From Myxococcota bacterium (GTDB lineage: Bacteria; Myxococcota; Myxococcia; Myxococcales; Myxococcaceae): a stretch of DNA of 50,875 nucleotides. Numbering within the stretch: position 1 is the first letter of the stretch; every line of letters begins with the position of its first letter. Location of the stretch: contig JBMORE010000187.1 of assembly GCA_049322255.1 (NCBI GenBank), positions 1 to 50,875 of the forward strand, given 5' to 3'. The notes beneath the pieces were generated by a model, which had not been told where the DNA came from, made no database searches, and saw only the letters and a program-made list of their open reading frames with translations. The position numbers were made by a program, and so were the translations under genes. Positions 48,764 to 50,875 of the stretch are shown in pieces.

Positions 48764-50103
48764 CACTTGCCCTCCTTGGCGCTGAAGGTCAGCACGGTGC
48801 GGTTCTGCTCGGTGAGGTGCTTCTGGGCGAAGGCGACCAGCTGCTCGGGCGTCACCTGAGCGATGTTCCGGTAGTGCAGGTCGAGCGCGTTGGGCGCTCC
48901 CAGAATGCCGGCGTACCAGGCGAGCTGGAGAGCCACCTCGTTGGGAGTCTCCAGCGACATCAGGAGGCCGTAGCGCAGGTTGTCCTTCACCGCTTGTACG
49001 CGGTTTTTGTCCACTTTGCCCTTGGCGAGCTCGGCAATCGCCCGGTCCAGGGCCGCACGCACCGTCTCACGGTGGTTCTCCGCCTTGAGGGTGACGGCGA
49101 GGGAGAAGAGCGCAGGGTCGCGGTGCTCCGAAAAGCCTGAGCCGACGCTCTCGGCGAGCTGCTTTTCCAGGACCAGCTCCTTGTGCAGCGGGCTGATGGG
49201 ACCAGTGAGGTAGGCGGCGAGCACGTTTTGAATGGCCCCATCGCTCGTCGCCATCGCCGTCGCTGGGGTGTGCCAAGCATGAATGTGGCGAGGCAAAGTG
49301 GGTGTTTCCCACTGCACTTGGGCGGAGCGGGCCTGGGTCTGTGGCGGCTCGTGAGGAATCTCCACCGTGGCCGCTTTGCCCTTCCATGGTCCGTAGTGCT
49401 TCTTCACCCACTCGATCACCTTTTCGCCGTCGAGCTCTCCCACCACGAAGACGAACGTGTTGTCCGGGGTGTACCAGCGGTGGAAGAACTCCTTCGAGTA
49501 CTCGTAGTATTCGGGCATCTTCTTGATGTCCTCGTAGTAGCCCAGCGTGGTGTGCCCGTAAGGGTGCTTGGTGAAGGCGGTGGCCACGAGCGTCTCCTCA
49601 ATCTTCAACCCCGGGTCGGCGGCGTTCTTGTGGTACTCGCCCAAGACCGCCTTCGCCTCCGTCTGGAAGGTGGGTTCACTGTAGGCAAGGTTGATGAAGC
49701 GATCGGCTTCGAGCTCGATGAGCTTCTCTAAGCCCGAGGTGGGACCGGCCACGTGATAGACGGTCACGTCGTCTGAGGTGAAGGCGTTCTCGTTGAAACC
49801 CAGCTTGCCTAAAGCCGCCTCGCGTACCCCTTCGGGGTGGGTTGGGGTGCCCTTGAACATCATGTGCTCGAAGAAGTGGGCGAAGCCCGAGTGGCCTGCC
49901 TCCACTTCGTTGCGCGAGCCCACCCGCACCACGGTGTAGTAGGCGACCAGGCCCGGGGAGGAAAAGGGCACCCGCACCAGGGTGAGCCCGTTGTCCAACC
50001 GAGTGACTTGAAGCGGGTAGGGGAAGAACGACTTGGCTTTCTGAGCGTGGGCCGGCGTGGCGAGCGTGAAGGCCACCGCCAGGGCGAAGGCAGAGCGGAG
50101 CAT
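48763..50103 (-). CDS. M16 (pitrilysin) peptidase, catalytic subunit, secreted
   Basis: Signal MLRSAFALAVAFTLATPAHA; LDNGL, VGSRNE, GFAHFFEHMMFKGT, NAFT..D.T.Y. Confidence 0.95.
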   Translation of the reverse strand: MLRSAFALAVAFTLATPAHAQKAKSFFPYPLQVTRLDNGLTLVRVPFSSPGLVAYYTVVRVGSRNEVEAGHSGFAHFFEHMMFKGTPTHPEGVREAALGKLGFNENAFTSDDVTVYHVAGPTSGLEKLIELEADRFINLAYSEPTFQTEAKAVLGEYHKNAADPGLKIEETLVATAFTKHPYGHTTLGYYEDIKKMPEYYEYSKEFFHRWYTPDNTFVFVVGELDGEKVIEWVKKHYGPWKGKAATVEIPHEPPQTQARSAQVQWETPTLPRHIHAWHTPATAMATSDGAIQNVLAAYLTGPISPLHKELVLEKQLAESVGSGFSEHRDPALFSLAVTLKAENHRETVRAALDRAIAELAKGKVDKNRVQAVKDNLRYGLLMSLETPNEVALQLAWYAGILGAPNALDLHYRNIAQVTPEQLVAFAQKHLTEQNRTVLTFSAKEGK

Positions 50104-50181
50104 CAAGTAAACCTCAGCCGACCATTTAGCCGGCTGAGGCTCCTTACAGAACCGGACGTGCGGTTTTCCCGCATCCGGCTC
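50102..50181 (-). ncRNA. group II intron catalytic domains V and VI
   Basis: DV GAGCCGGATGCGGGAAAACCGCACGTCCGGTTC (50181-50149; AGC triad, AC bulge); DVI AAGGAGCCTCAGCCGGC..GTCGGCTGAGGTTT-A-CTT then GAT; branch A at 50108. Confidence 0.92.
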
Positions 50182-50875
50182 TTCGGTTGGTGTTTCCGTA
50201 CAGCACGGTGCTCCGAGGTGATGTCAATCAGCTGCTCGCCGTGGGGCGGGAGTGGGAGCGGATTGAAGTGCAGCTTCCGCTCGAACTGCTGCCAACTGAA
50301 GGAGCGTTTCTGGCTCCTGCGGTTGAGCCACTTGAAGAGTGCGCCGATGCAAACGAAGCGGAAGTGACAGAGCTTCGCTTCGTTGAAGCGCACCGCGAAG
50401 TACTCAAAGTGGCCCCTGAGCCGTGCACGTACATCGGCCCAGAGCTGCTTGAGCGGCTTTTTGCTGCGCGTCTTCTTCACCCACTCGGTGAAGGCTTGCA
50501 TGCTGCGGTGGAGCCTCTTCGCGGCCGTCTTGAGCTTCAACAGCCGGCCGCCCTGCTTGTCCCTGCCCCAGTAGAAGTCGAACCCGAGAAACGAGACGAC
50601 CCCTTCGGGGGCCCTGGACGAGAAGGGCACGATGGCACTCTTCGCGATGTTCAGCGACAGCCCGGCCTCTTGCAGTCGGAGTTGCAGCGCCGCCTGAAAG
50701 GACCTGGCCGTTTCCTCGTCGGTGAAGACGAAGACGGCGTCATCGGCATAGCGAACGAATTCCCCGCGACCGGCGTATTCCGCGTCGAACCACCCGTCGA
50801 GGAGATGATGCAGGCAGATGTTGGCCAGCATCGGGCTGACAGGAGAACCCTGAGGGGTGCCACGCTCGGTTTCTG
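50103..50875 (-). CDS. ltrA: group II intron reverse transcriptase/maturase (5'-partial, no endonuclease domain)
   Basis: GTPQGSPVSPMLANI.LH, VRYADD, FLGF, domain X LRGHFEYF...KWLNRRSQ. Confidence 0.93.
   Translation of the reverse strand, partial: ETERGTPQGSPVSPMLANICLHHLLDGWFDAEYAGRGEFVRYADDAVFVFTDEETARSFQAALQLRLQEAGLSLNIAKSAIVPFSSRAPEGVVSFLGFDFYWGRDKQGGRLLKLKTAAKRLHRSMQAFTEWVKKTRSKKPLKQLWADVRARLRGHFEYFAVRFNEAKLCHFRFVCIGALFKWLNRRSQKRSFSWQQFERKLHFNPLPLPPHGEQLIDITSEHRAVRKHQPKSRMRENRTSGSVRSLSRLNGRLRFT

Larger units (their letters stand above)
50102..50875 (-). mobile_element. group II intron, 3' part (truncated by window end)
   Basis: RT ORF plus domain V and domain VI with bulged A and terminal AT. 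Confidence 0.93.

Noticed and set aside
50103..50875. RT as retron, DGR or defence RT
   Set aside because: Clear group II DV/DVI, YADD and domain X follow directly; no VTG motif or template/variable repeats seen

Overview
GC-rich chromosomal segment, most likely from a myxobacterium (Myxococcota). This is inferred from gene content and order, not from a database search. There are two assembly gaps (10401-10500 and 35913-35922). The backbone is housekeeping: deoxynucleoside kinase, panB-panC-smpB-sspB, a nitrilase, rimP-nusA-ylxR-infB-DUF503-rbfA-truB, rpsO-pnp, dut, purB/purC, a TrmJ-like methylase, HtrA, TlpA, an OmpA/TSP3 protein and an exported M16 peptidase pair. Signalling genes are two Ser/Thr kinases and a FecR-LysM-HD-GYP operon resembling M. 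xanthus pmxA. Two accessory patches interrupt the backbone: about 7.3-8.4 kb (vapBC plus ORFans) and about 11.2-18.5 kb (desaturase pseudogene, orphan AbiEi with an operator-like palindrome, vWA plus a VIT-vWA-propeller fusion, a Uma2 remnant, phd-parE). Four observations stand out. (1) A group II intron at the right end has a terminal AT that forms the ATG of the downstream peptidase operon; its domain VI carries an SD-like GAGGT and its RT ORF stops in a TGATG overlap with the host gene. (2) Seven copies of a CCCTCTCCC-N3-GGGAGAGGG-GGGTGAGGG triplex-type repeat occur; two are translated in frame at a domain junction and others supply a stop codon or SD-like signal for host genes. (3) The HD-GYP enzyme has an RPYQ motif suggesting 3',3'-cGAMP preference. 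(4) A structured leader precedes panB. No tRNA, rRNA or CRISPR array was seen.
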